From: Candidatus Omnitrophota bacterium
GTDB lineage: Bacteria; Omnitrophota; Gorgyraeia; Tantalellales; Tantalellaceae
DNA length: 58,881 nucleotides
Direction of reading: 5' to 3'
NCBI GenBank assembly: GCA_018813285.1
Contig: JAHJBY010000104.1
Coordinates: forward strand, 1-58,881
Positions 18,270-27,421 of the stretch are shown in pieces. The notes beneath the pieces are model-generated. The model saw only the letters and a program-made list of their open reading frames with translations. It was not told the origin of the DNA and searched no databases. The translations under genes were made by a program, and so were the position numbers. Position 1 is the first letter of the stretch; every line of letters begins with the position of its first letter.

Positions 18270-19550
18270 TCATTCCATTTCAATAACCAATTTCCGCGAT
18301 ATCTCCATACACTGCTCTTCTATCCCTGCATTGGGATCCGGCCGAAAAATGACATAACCAAGTATACGGGAACCGTAATCTTTCGGAGGAAGTTCGATCG
18401 CCTCTCCTATCGAGCGCTTAAAATAACAGTCAATAACCCGGGTATCTTTTACAAGAACTCCTGCATCAAGCGTCTTCAAGACACCTCGCTGTAAAGCGAT
18501 CAGAGAAAGCCCGACCGCTTTCTCCCATTCGTCCCTGTCCGGGACAAATATCTTTTTTCCTTCAGAAAAATCAAGCGTTGCTTTGAAAATATCAAAACCC
18601 GAACTCGCCTGTATAAGGAACGGTAAGCAATCACCGCCCGGCCGCGGCGTTATTTCCAATAAAAATACCTCATCGTGACATATTTTGAGATCCACCATGG
18701 CTATTGTCCGGTCAAGCCCCAAACTTTTGGAGGCAGCTTGAAGGCGTGTTTCAAGTTTTTTTATATCCCAATCTCCGGGAAGATCCACCTTTAATATGTA
18801 CGCTGACACAGTTCCGAAGGTTATCTCGTGGTTCATTATTTTTTTCGCCAAACGGAGAACCCTGACTTTTCCGTTTTCATAAATAAAATCGCAGCTATAC
18901 TCATCTCCGGGAAGATATTGTTCCATAACAACATCTTTCAGCGGATCTTCTCCGCGCGGCATATTGCGTGATGAATACATCCTGTTATCATGATGATCTT
19001 TTAATTTTTCGGTGATCGTTCTATATGCTTGCCGACAATCCTCATCAGTCTTGCACAATAAAACGAATTCCCCGCCACTGCCCGTCAAAGGTTTCATCAC
19101 AGCTATACCATTTAATGACTTTAAAAAAAGAGCAGCGTCCTTTTCATTCCGGATCAAACCGCAATCCGGACAAGGTATGCCGTTAGCTTTCCAGATACTT
19201 TTGGATAGATATTTTGACCGGCAATTCATTACCGGATCAAGCCCGGAAAAGGGTAATTTAAATTTTGAGGCGATTATTGCCGCAAGCGCCAATGATTCAC
19301 AGTCAAAACACACTATTCCCGATGGTTCAATGTTATGTTCGCGCAAGTATGCTTTTAGATCCCCAAAAACAGCATCCTGGTCCTTGAGATCAAGCAATAC
19401 CTCTTGTAAAGGCGCGGGCTTTTGCCCCTTCCATTTGATCCTTTCGCAAGGATCTGTAACAAAGAACACTCTTTCCCCGAAACGGTCTATCAATAATTCT
19501 ATGTAGTCGGCGGTTGTTCCTAAAACTATCACTTTTTTTAGATCAAGCAT
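18270..19550 (-). CDS. ATP-grasp carboxylate-amine ligase family protein
   Basis: 426 aa with ATP-grasp-like VMKPLTGSGGEFV, EQYLPGDEYSCDF and LEITPRPGGD. It starts 4 nt after the upstream gene. Confidence 0.7.
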   Translation of the reverse strand: MLDLKKVIVLGTTADYIELLIDRFGERVFFVTDPCERIKWKGQKPAPLQEVLLDLKDQDAVFGDLKAYLREHNIEPSGIVCFDCESLALAAIIASKFKLPFSGLDPVMNCRSKYLSKSIWKANGIPCPDCGLIRNEKDAALFLKSLNGIAVMKPLTGSGGEFVLLCKTDEDCRQAYRTITEKLKDHHDNRMYSSRNMPRGEDPLKDVVMEQYLPGDEYSCDFIYENGKVRVLRLAKKIMNHEITFGTVSAYILKVDLPGDWDIKKLETRLQAASKSLGLDRTIAMVDLKICHDEVFLLEITPRPGGDCLPFLIQASSGFDIFKATLDFSEGKKIFVPDRDEWEKAVGLSLIALQRGVLKTLDAGVLVKDTRVIDCYFKRSIGEAIELPPKDYGSRILGYVIFRPDPNAGIEEQCMEISRKLVIEME

Positions 19551-19559
19551 TTTCTTGCC

Positions 19560-20480
19560 TTAGATATCATTGCATAACTTATATAGCGGATTAGGGGAAA
19601 GATGAAATATTTTTTTCCATGAAAAATCGCCGCATAGGAAATCCACTTTTTCGTATTTTTCCCTGCAGGCTTCCTTCATATGATGAAGATTGATAACTTT
19701 AGCTACTCCCGGATAGTCATTGTGAGTTCCGCCCGCCAGAAGCGTGTAGACCCCCTGATAGACGCACCCCATATCAACGGCGGCCGGTTCTCCGTCTATA
19801 AGGACCGTGGTCATCCTTAACCAGCCTTTTTCATGAAAATGATCTTTCAAATCCCGAAAGCTTTCGAGGAATCTTTTATCCGAAAAATATGATTCATCAC
19901 CAAACCTTCCCAGGCTCATTTGAACCATCAAGTCAAAATCTTCGGTCCGGTTTGTACGGATCTCGACCCCTTTTTTACATATCTTGTCAATATCCTGTTT
20001 GATCTTTTTGATGGATTTTCCGGAAAAGAGGCTATAATATCCGTCAATATCAAACCCGACAGATCCGGGCTGAAAAAGATATCCCGTTTCATCCACGCTT
20101 ACTGTATCCGGGCAGAAATGCTGGTTATCAACAAGATACCTGAGAAAATATCTTTTGCCGCCTTTGTCCAGCCAATTCAATATTTGCACAAGAACGTTCC
20201 GGTTGGGGACTATTACGCGATTTTGTTCAAGCCATGTTTTCCCGTTCCAAACCTCTCCCGGAAAATATCCGTAATAAGATCTCTCAGGAATAAAACTCAA
20301 CGGCAAAAAACCAACCGGATCTCCGTCGCGTTTTGCTGTCACAAAAAATAATTCACGTTTAAAATTGCGATGAAAGCATTCGCGGACACTCCAAAGATCG
20401 GTAAGTTGAACAGGCGGGATAAAACGTTCCCAGAGCCGACGGCATACATCAATGTCTGTCTCGCCGCGTATTTCCAGCAT
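19560..20480 (-). CDS. GNAT-fold acyl/aminoacyl-transferase (Acetyltransf_6 / FemAB-CelD-like; tentative)
   Basis: 306 aa. The call rests on overall similarity by eye to BioF2/CelD-type GNAT proteins and on tight packing in the cluster. Confidence 0.5.
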   Translation of the reverse strand: MLEIRGETDIDVCRRLWERFIPPVQLTDLWSVRECFHRNFKRELFFVTAKRDGDPVGFLPLSFIPERSYYGYFPGEVWNGKTWLEQNRVIVPNRNVLVQILNWLDKGGKRYFLRYLVDNQHFCPDTVSVDETGYLFQPGSVGFDIDGYYSLFSGKSIKKIKQDIDKICKKGVEIRTNRTEDFDLMVQMSLGRFGDESYFSDKRFLESFRDLKDHFHEKGWLRMTTVLIDGEPAAVDMGCVYQGVYTLLAGGTHNDYPGVAKVINLHHMKEACREKYEKVDFLCGDFSWKKIFHLSPNPLYKLCNDI

Positions 20481-20481
20481 G

Positions 20482-20913
20482 CTAATAACGATGTTTCACA
20501 TTCGTAATGGTTCTTTTACCCTTAAAAAATTCTCGCGAAAACTTTTCAACAATTTCGAGATCATAGGGTTTGCAGCTGAAAACATCCAGATAAACAGTAT
20601 TGGTCAAGTTGGCAAAATGAGCGGATATAAGTGATGTTTCTATGAGTTGAACCATGGAAAAACCAGCCACCCTCTCTTCTTCGCCAAAATGAACCACCAT
20701 TGTTTCTCCGAACCGTTTCATCTCGATCAAGTCACAAAGCTTTTCGACAAACTCTCTGATTTTAACGGCGTCACGAATCGTCGCGGGATCACAATCATAA
20801 ATGTCAATACTGCCGGCAATGCCCCACACCTGCTTTTCCTTACCCTCCCTACTCATATCCCTTTTGGTAAGAAGGGATTCCACACACACACTTTGGTCTG
20901 TTCGCATTTTCAC
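20482..20913 (-). CDS. pyruvoyl-dependent decarboxylase of the AdoMetDC (SpeH/SpeD class 1) family
   Basis: GIAGSIDIYDCD...GFSMVQLIETSLISAHFAN...YLDVFSCK aligns by eye with the SpeH pattern (G.H..D.Y.C...SESHISIHTWPE...D.FTCG). The true start may be the internal MSREGK. Confidence 0.65.
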   Translation of the reverse strand: MKMRTDQSVCVESLLTKRDMSREGKEKQVWGIAGSIDIYDCDPATIRDAVKIREFVEKLCDLIEMKRFGETMVVHFGEEERVAGFSMVQLIETSLISAHFANLTNTVYLDVFSCKPYDLEIVEKFSREFFKGKRTITNVKHRY

Positions 20914-21250
20914 TCCTCGTAAAATATTGCATGTTTTTTTTACATACCAAATTTGTCATTGCTAAAACCCTTTTTGCCTGCCGCTCACAAGCCTCTGGTC
21001 AGGCTTGATCTGTCATTTATTCTATAAGCCAGAAACACGCTGTCTTCTGATTATATGGACATGTGGTCATATAATCATCCAAATATGCTTGTAGAATGCC
21101 CCAATAACTTCTTTATGTCAATATTTAAATGTAAATTTTCTTATGGTTTTATATAAAATGAAGGTAGCATCCTGGAATCGATTCCGGAAGGGTTGTTATA
21201 CCTATCCTTTAGGGGGAAAGGCTCTTGGAGATCCTCGACTGATCTCTCTT

Positions 21251-21466
21251 TTATCGTTTGGAATCCATGCCCCGGAAACCATGTGTGGATTTCACTTTCG
21301 GAGTGTCTTGCTTGAACTGGTTAACGGGCACACCATCGACTTTGTCTTCCCAAAAAGTCGATTTGAGATGAACATTGCAATGGTCTGCATGGTTGTAAAT
21401 GCTTAGAATATTATTGCAGAACGGATACTTACATTTTCGATGTTCGGGTGAAGTTTTTATCTGCAT
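21251..21466 (-). CDS. small Cys/His-rich hypothetical protein
   Basis: 71-aa ORF in an AT-rich spacer containing CKYPFCNNILSIYNHADHCNVH, which looks like a zinc-ribbon arrangement. No family recognised. Confidence 0.3.
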   Translation of the reverse strand: MQIKTSPEHRKCKYPFCNNILSIYNHADHCNVHLKSTFWEDKVDGVPVNQFKQDTPKVKSTHGFRGMDSKR

Positions 21467-21649
21467 ATTGTTTATCCTTGCGGGGTCTTGCCCTGTTTGT
21501 GTTTAGTCCTATTTAGGATCATTATAGGCCTTCCGCGTCAGAAAAGATACATGAATCATACCCGCGGGATATTTGGTCTTTATTTCGCGGAAATTTGGTG
21601 TATTATGAAAATACCTGAAAAGTTAATGGCGAGAGTAACGCCCCTGTGT

Positions 21650-23047
21650 TTAGATATCCAGGCCTTTCTTCCTGACAAGTTGATCAGTCAGGGTCAGCCA
21701 GTCAACAATAAGTTTCTTCAGCTTTATATTGTATTGTATTTTGCTGAACCTGTTAAAATCAAGTTGATTGACTTCATCAATGAAATTGTTGAGTATTACT
21801 TTTCCATAAGAATAATTCACCGTATCGTCCTTAACTATAGATTGTGCCACTTCAACTTTTTTTTCTGATATTTTTATAAGTTCTCTCGTCTTTTTTATCT
21901 CTTCATAAATATTTCGGAGCTCCGTATAGATCCTTATATGCGTATTTACTTTCTCCAGTACGCGCCGCTCATGTTCCACTTTTGCTGTCTCCTGTTCAGC
22001 GTGTTCAACCTGACCCGGGAACGGATAGTCCAACGACACCCCCGCAAACACTCTCTTATCGTCTTTCCTGAGATACCGATCATCGGATTTGATCGCATAT
22101 TCCGCGAAAAGATCTATCGAAGGAAGCAGATCATCTGCGTCCTTATCAACCGCGAGAGCACTTTTCTCTTCCAGCATATCAAGGATCATCGACGTTCTGC
22201 TGTCTTCTCTGAATTTTTTGTAATCCTTTTCGAAATCTATGACCACATTGTCATACTGGTCTATCGGGTACGGCAAGAGAGCTTCTTCAACATCATACCC
22301 TATGCTTTTCTTTAAAAGATTTGTATACTCCTCAAATTGGCTCCTCAACGCGATCAAAGTCTCCTCTTTCAGCAGTACTTGGAGTTTTACCTTATTAACA
22401 TCCACCGGCAAGGCTATATTGTTCTTCGCTCTTTCCTCGACGTTTTCCAAAAGCTTCACGTTCGCATTGTAAGAGTTTTCCGCCGTCTTGACATTCTCAT
22501 ACGCTTCATACCAGTCGTAATATATGCTAATTACTATGGATAAATACTGCTCATACGCTTCAACTATCTGGTATTTGGCGATGTCTATTTCCATGCCCAC
22601 GATCTTATCCAGAAGCCTGGTTGCCTTGCCAAAGGCGTTTCGCGCTACAGGCTGCGAAACTGAGGCATAAAATTCAGCGTCTACGTCGCCTATTATGGTA
22701 TCCTTGATGGTCGAATTGTATCCAACCTCTATTTCAGTGCCTGTATAGGGAAAAAGCTTACTAAGTGTCACCTCATAGACAGGATATCCCTTGTCATACT
22801 TTAAAAATACTTCATACTCGCTTTTAGCGGATATCACTATATCATCAGCAGGAAGCTCCAGCTTCTTTTTGTAGTTCAATTTGAGATTTTCTATGAGTAT
22901 CCGATCAAATACTTTATCTCTCGCGCATGCAAGCTCAATAAATTCATCCAGCGATAAAGTCTCTATTTCTTTCGCTGTTTGAGCGAAGACATGTGGATTC
23001 AAAATTAAAATGCCTAAAAGCGCTGTTATCAGGATTTTTTTTATCAT
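21650..23047 (-). CDS. TolC-family outer-membrane efflux protein
   Basis: 465 aa with a signal peptide and a two-repeat helical OMF-like sequence. It begins 1 nt after the RND gene stop. Confidence 0.7.
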   Translation of the reverse strand: MIKKILITALLGILILNPHVFAQTAKEIETLSLDEFIELACARDKVFDRILIENLKLNYKKKLELPADDIVISAKSEYEVFLKYDKGYPVYEVTLSKLFPYTGTEIEVGYNSTIKDTIIGDVDAEFYASVSQPVARNAFGKATRLLDKIVGMEIDIAKYQIVEAYEQYLSIVISIYYDWYEAYENVKTAENSYNANVKLLENVEERAKNNIALPVDVNKVKLQVLLKEETLIALRSQFEEYTNLLKKSIGYDVEEALLPYPIDQYDNVVIDFEKDYKKFREDSRTSMILDMLEEKSALAVDKDADDLLPSIDLFAEYAIKSDDRYLRKDDKRVFAGVSLDYPFPGQVEHAEQETAKVEHERRVLEKVNTHIRIYTELRNIYEEIKKTRELIKISEKKVEVAQSIVKDDTVNYSYGKVILNNFIDEVNQLDFNRFSKIQYNIKLKKLIVDWLTLTDQLVRKKGLDI

Positions 23048-23048
23048 A

Positions 23049-26000
23049 TTATTTTTTTACCAGATCATATTGAACGCCTTTATAAAAACTGTATATGCAC
23101 GGGATCAACACCAGGGTTATCAGGGTCCCGAACAAAAGCCCCCACGCGATCGCCAGCATCATCTGCGCAAGCATTGAATCGTACCCTGCCCAGCCATAAG
23201 CCGTGGGTATAATGGCCACAACTGTAGTCACTGTTGTAAGCAGTACCGCTCTTAAACGAGTTTTAGCTATACCCGATATCTGTAGATCTTTTTCTTTTCT
23301 GTCTTTTCCCATGTCAAAAGACCGGTCAAGTTTTGTCATCATTATTATGGAATCATTGACGACAACACCCGCAAGCCCCAACGCCCCGATGACCGCGAAA
23401 AACCCGTACATACTTATTCCGTGCACCCAAAAAGCAAGAATGATACCCACTATTCCAAAAGGAATAGCAAGCATGATAATGAACGGTTTAAAAAGGGAGT
23501 TGAAGAAAAGCGCCAGTATTATGTATATGAAAAACACTGCCATTATAACGGCAAACATAAAATCTCTTCCTGACTCCCTCGTATCTTTGACCTCTCCCCT
23601 GAATTCCACTATAGACGTGAGATATTTCGCTTTGAATTTCGGGAATATATTTTTTTCGAAATTATCCGCGATATTAAGCGGTGTTTTCCTGGAACGTGGA
23701 ACGATATCGGCGTAAACCGTGGTGCACCTTTTCATGTCTTCCCTGATTATTGAATCCGGGCCTTCGACTTTTTCGATCGTGACGAGGTCTTTAAGCGGCA
23801 CTAAATACTGGCCCTGGTTTTCCACCGGTATCTCGAATATTTTAGCAATATCGTCTTTGGCGCCCGGAATAACGGTAAGCCTTACATACACGGGTTCTTC
23901 ATCACCGCTGAATTCATAAAGTATGGTACCTTCGAGAGACGCCCTTAGTGTTTTGGCAATATCCGAAGGATTTATCGCAAGGCGCCTTACTTTGTCTCTG
24001 TTTAAAATAAGACGATACTCCGGATTATACATCGGCCTATCGATCTCCACGTTAATAAGCGCGGGATCTTTCCGCATTTCTTCCGCAAGTTCATCAGCCA
24101 ATTGATATCTGCGCTGATTATTGTTCTCCTTTATCAATATCTCTATCGGGCTTGCTGAGTTCTGGCCGTGCCAGGTTTTACTCATGCGTATATTTTCTAT
24201 TCCCCGCACACCCTCAAGTTTGCCCTTCCATTCTTTTATAAGCTGATCGGCGGATTTTTTCCGCTGTTCTCTGGGGAGAATTTCTATTCTTATGCGGAAC
24301 TTATTTTCCTGAGCGGCGGATCCCCCTCTTGATTGTGCTATTTCATTTCTGTATCCCATTACCTCTCCTCCGGTGTAATCCTGCACAACATCTTCTATCG
24401 GTTGGGTCATGCGTGCCGTTTCATATCTCATGGTTCCGGGAGGTGTTTCCGCGGTGATCCTTATCTGTCTGGTTTCCTCATCCGGGAACATCACGAACTT
24501 CATTCCCCTGGAAGCGATACAACCTGCCAGTAAAAGCACTGCGACAAAAATAATGAGTACCGTGAACTTATGTTTCAGGGTTTTGTTCACTATGGTCTCG
24601 TATTTATTTTCTGCCCATTCTATCCAACGTTCACCTTTAGACTTGTTTGAATTTTTCTTTTTACCAAAAGGAAGCATCATATGCCCGGGTAATATAAAAA
24701 GCGCTTCAAACAAGCTTCCTCCAAGCATTAAAAAGACGATAGGCGGTATGAATTTTACCATCGTCCCGAAACGCCCCGCGAAAAAGAAAAGCGGCACGAA
24801 CGCGACACAGGTCGTCACTATACTGGCAATAATAGGCAGCAACACAAAGGCCGTACCCTTAACCGAAGCTTCTTCCTTTGTCATGCCTCCGGCCCGCATC
24901 CGGCTTATATTCTCCGCGACAACTATAGCGTCGTCCACGACCATTCCCATGACTATTATGATAGCGGCAAGCGTGATATTGTTTACGGTATATCCTATAA
25001 GAAGCCCTCCTACGAGCGTAAAGCAAAAAGTGAAAGGGATCCCCAGCGCCACCCACAATCCGGAACGGAGATCAAGAAACACGAAAAGAATGATTACGAC
25101 AAGTATAAATCCGATCGCGCCGTTCATGGTTATAAGACTCAGCCTATTCCTTACGTCAAAAGATTCGTCATCAAGAAGAATAAGTTCAATACCCGTATCC
25201 TTCAAGGTGTTATCGCTAAAACCCTTGACGACTTTTTCAACCGCGTTTACGGCGTCAATAATGCCATATCCGGAATTTTTCCTCACATTCAGGAATATCC
25301 CTTCGTGCCCGTTTATTTTTAAGACCGTCTTCTTTTTCTCATAACCTTTCTCCACATTCGCCAGATCTTTCACCCTTATTATCTGGCCTTCAAAACCGCC
25401 CTGAACGCTCATCTCCTTGAGTTTTTCGACTGTATTGAGCTCACCTGAAAGCGTCACTTTGGGCTCGCTTATATTTTCTATGCTCCCGGCCGGCTGGCGC
25501 ACATTGCCGTTCTTTATTTCCTGCATAACGGTGTTAAAAGTGATGTTGTATTCTTTAAGCTTGTCCGGCACGATCTCTACATGTATCTCATCTTTCAGAT
25601 AGCCTGACCTTGATACTGAATTTATCTCGGGCAGGTTCATGAGCTCATTTTCAAATACAAGAGCGTACGTCTGGAGTTTTTCACGGGAAGGAATATCGAG
25701 GATATTTTTCCCCTTGTATATAAGCCCGATATCGATTATGGCTTTGCGTGATGTCTTAAATACACGGACGTGCGGATCGTCAACGATATCAGTCGGCAGA
25801 TCCGCATCAAGCACCTCATTGCGTATTTCAGATATGACCGCTTCTTTGTCAGGATGGTCTTTTTCTATTTCGGCTGTTACCGTACAATTCCCTATGCTTG
25901 TCGCGCTGTAAACACGGTAAACTCCGTCGATATCACGGATCGCTTCTTCCACAGGTTCCGTGACATAATACTCCACATCCTCAGTGGAAGCCCCGGGATA

Positions 26001-26168
26001 ATTGGTGGTAATCCTTACGGTATCAAACGTTATATCAGGCAGTTCCTCTTTGGGCAGGCCTATCCACGCGAAGATCCCTCCTGCCAATATCCCGACAAAT
26101 ATAAGATTGGTTAACAGATGCCGTTTTAAAAAGAATTGAATTAATTTCTCGCTCATAGTGGTTGCCAT
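23049..26168 (-). CDS. RND efflux transporter permease (AcrB/HAE1-like)
   Basis: 1,039 aa with 12-TM topology, two large periplasmic loops and conserved TM4-type VVDDAIVVAEN. Confidence 0.9.
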   Translation of the reverse strand: MATTMSEKLIQFFLKRHLLTNLIFVGILAGGIFAWIGLPKEELPDITFDTVRITTNYPGASTEDVEYYVTEPVEEAIRDIDGVYRVYSATSIGNCTVTAEIEKDHPDKEAVISEIRNEVLDADLPTDIVDDPHVRVFKTSRKAIIDIGLIYKGKNILDIPSREKLQTYALVFENELMNLPEINSVSRSGYLKDEIHVEIVPDKLKEYNITFNTVMQEIKNGNVRQPAGSIENISEPKVTLSGELNTVEKLKEMSVQGGFEGQIIRVKDLANVEKGYEKKKTVLKINGHEGIFLNVRKNSGYGIIDAVNAVEKVVKGFSDNTLKDTGIELILLDDESFDVRNRLSLITMNGAIGFILVVIILFVFLDLRSGLWVALGIPFTFCFTLVGGLLIGYTVNNITLAAIIIVMGMVVDDAIVVAENISRMRAGGMTKEEASVKGTAFVLLPIIASIVTTCVAFVPLFFFAGRFGTMVKFIPPIVFLMLGGSLFEALFILPGHMMLPFGKKKNSNKSKGERWIEWAENKYETIVNKTLKHKFTVLIIFVAVLLLAGCIASRGMKFVMFPDEETRQIRITAETPPGTMRYETARMTQPIEDVVQDYTGGEVMGYRNEIAQSRGGSAAQENKFRIRIEILPREQRKKSADQLIKEWKGKLEGVRGIENIRMSKTWHGQNSASPIEILIKENNNQRRYQLADELAEEMRKDPALINVEIDRPMYNPEYRLILNRDKVRRLAINPSDIAKTLRASLEGTILYEFSGDEEPVYVRLTVIPGAKDDIAKIFEIPVENQGQYLVPLKDLVTIEKVEGPDSIIREDMKRCTTVYADIVPRSRKTPLNIADNFEKNIFPKFKAKYLTSIVEFRGEVKDTRESGRDFMFAVIMAVFFIYIILALFFNSLFKPFIIMLAIPFGIVGIILAFWVHGISMYGFFAVIGALGLAGVVVNDSIIMMTKLDRSFDMGKDRKEKDLQISGIAKTRLRAVLLTTVTTVVAIIPTAYGWAGYDSMLAQMMLAIAWGLLFGTLITLVLIPCIYSFYKGVQYDLVKK

Positions 26169-26192
26169 TGTATCATCAATGGATATATCTTT

Positions 26193-26423
26193 CTATTTTT
26201 TCCCCCGAAAAACGGGCTTATCTCTAATAAAAAAAAGAATGTTCCATTTCTTTTTAAAGTGATCCCACTTTTTTATCCTGTCTGAATATCTCCTCTCCCC
26301 TTCCGCGGTCGCGCGCATTTGTTTCAAGCTCTCTCCGCTGGGAATAGAGAATTTTCTCTTAAGCGTTTCATACTCTTTATCAAGATCAGCGTTTTTCATA
26401 TGGTTGTTGTAAGGTATACTCAA
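26193..26423 (-). CDS. hypothetical 76-aa basic protein
   Basis: ORF only, with no recognisable family. It occupies the position where an RND adaptor gene would be expected. Confidence 0.3.
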   Translation of the reverse strand: MSIPYNNHMKNADLDKEYETLKRKFSIPSGESLKQMRATAEGERRYSDRIKKWDHFKKKWNILFFIRDKPVFRGKK

Positions 26424-26595
26424 TCAAAAAATACAACGAGGCACACATGTGTAGTAGCTAATATGATCGTTAGGATCGCGGACCATACATGCCACTTCAT
26501 TTTAACCCATTTGACATGAAATTTAAAGGCCGACAGGACTGTCGTGTCAACAGGACTGTCGTAAAACAAAGAATGTGCTATAGGGAGGGGTAAGG

Positions 26596-26730
26596 CTATT
26601 TTTGTTTATTCTTTTTTCCTATGAAGTAGCCTATTGATCCGCTTAATAGAACTATTCCCAGAACAACTAAGACCTTGCAAAATGGACAAATTTGGCCTTC
26701 GGCGCGCATGCATAGTGCCCAAATATTCAT
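26596..26730 (-). CDS. candidate 44-aa single-TM micro-protein
   Basis: Below the ORF-track cutoff. My translation is MNIWALCMRAEGQICPFCKVLVVLGIVLLSGSIGYFIGKKNKQK, with a GAGG RBS 5 nt upstream. Confidence 0.3.
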   Translation of the reverse strand: MNIWALCMRAEGQICPFCKVLVVLGIVLLSGSIGYFIGKKNKQK

Positions 26731-26773
26731 AACAACCTCGCTTGTCAATTATCTTCTAAAAAAAACTTCAGGG

Positions 26774-26920
26774 TCAAGTTATGTCCGGAGACATCTGCCC
26801 CGTATCCACATTGTCCTGCATGTTTTTTTTCTCTAGTTTGCTTTGTCTCTTATCTTCTTTTTTCTTTTTCTTTGCCAATTCTTTCTGCCTCTTACTGAAT
26901 GAGTAATTATTTCTCGCCAA
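26774..26920 (-). CDS. candidate 48-aa highly basic small protein with TTG start
   Basis: GGAGG, 5 nt, then TTG at 26920, giving (M)ARNNYSFSKRQKELAKKKKKEDKRQSKLEKK.... The longer 118-aa ATG-initiated version has an implausible N-terminus. Confidence 0.35.
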   Translation of the reverse strand: MARNNYSFSKRQKELAKKKKKEDKRQSKLEKKNMQDNVDTGQMSPDIT

Positions 26921-27421
26921 TGTAGCCTCCTTTTTTTCTTCGGGGGTGTTATGCCTTCGGGACAGCGGCAATATCTTATATTGCAATATCTGAACGATGT
27001 CCAAATCGATTATGAGAAGATCCGCGTGGTCTCCGATTTCGCGGCCGGCCTGCTTTCGTATGCGAAAGCACTGAACCCTGCGACGAGGAAAAATACCCGC
27101 GCCGCTTAAAGCGGGATCGTCCCTGGTCATTATCAGGTGATATTTATCTGTTTATCGAAACCCGCTATCTTGAAGACCTGAAACCTCCTTGGATTGGAAG
27201 AATGACGTTATTGTATCATAAATTCCGGAATACGCACCATAAAAGCAAAAAACTGGGTTGCTACTTCTCAGCATTCTCTCTCTCCTATTGTGCAAGGTTC
27301 CGTGCCGACTTGATGGCTAGTCTTTAGTCGGGTTACCTTATTCATGATAACCCGCTTGTATCAGCTTTCTTGGCGCACATTAAGTATTGTGTTCCCGAAA
27401 TTAAAACGGTCTGCTTTGTAT

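Noticed and set aside
20482-20913. Calling the cluster a standard spermidine pathway (speH/speE).
   Set aside because: No aminopropyltransferase (SpeE) or carboxyspermidine dehydrogenase is present, and the self-cleavage motif deviates from the canonical form. I therefore leave the product unassigned.
26533-26562. CRISPR-like array; the short repeats at 47371..47442 were also considered.
   Set aside because: There are only two copies of 11 to 13 nt with 4 to 10-nt spacers. That is far too short and too few for CRISPR, and no cas genes are present in the window.
26774-27130. The full 118-aa ORF taken as a real protein.
   Set aside because: The N-terminal 70 aa are Arg/Gly/Pro-rich with no RBS. 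A GGAGG-TTG start at 26920 gives a coherent small basic protein instead.
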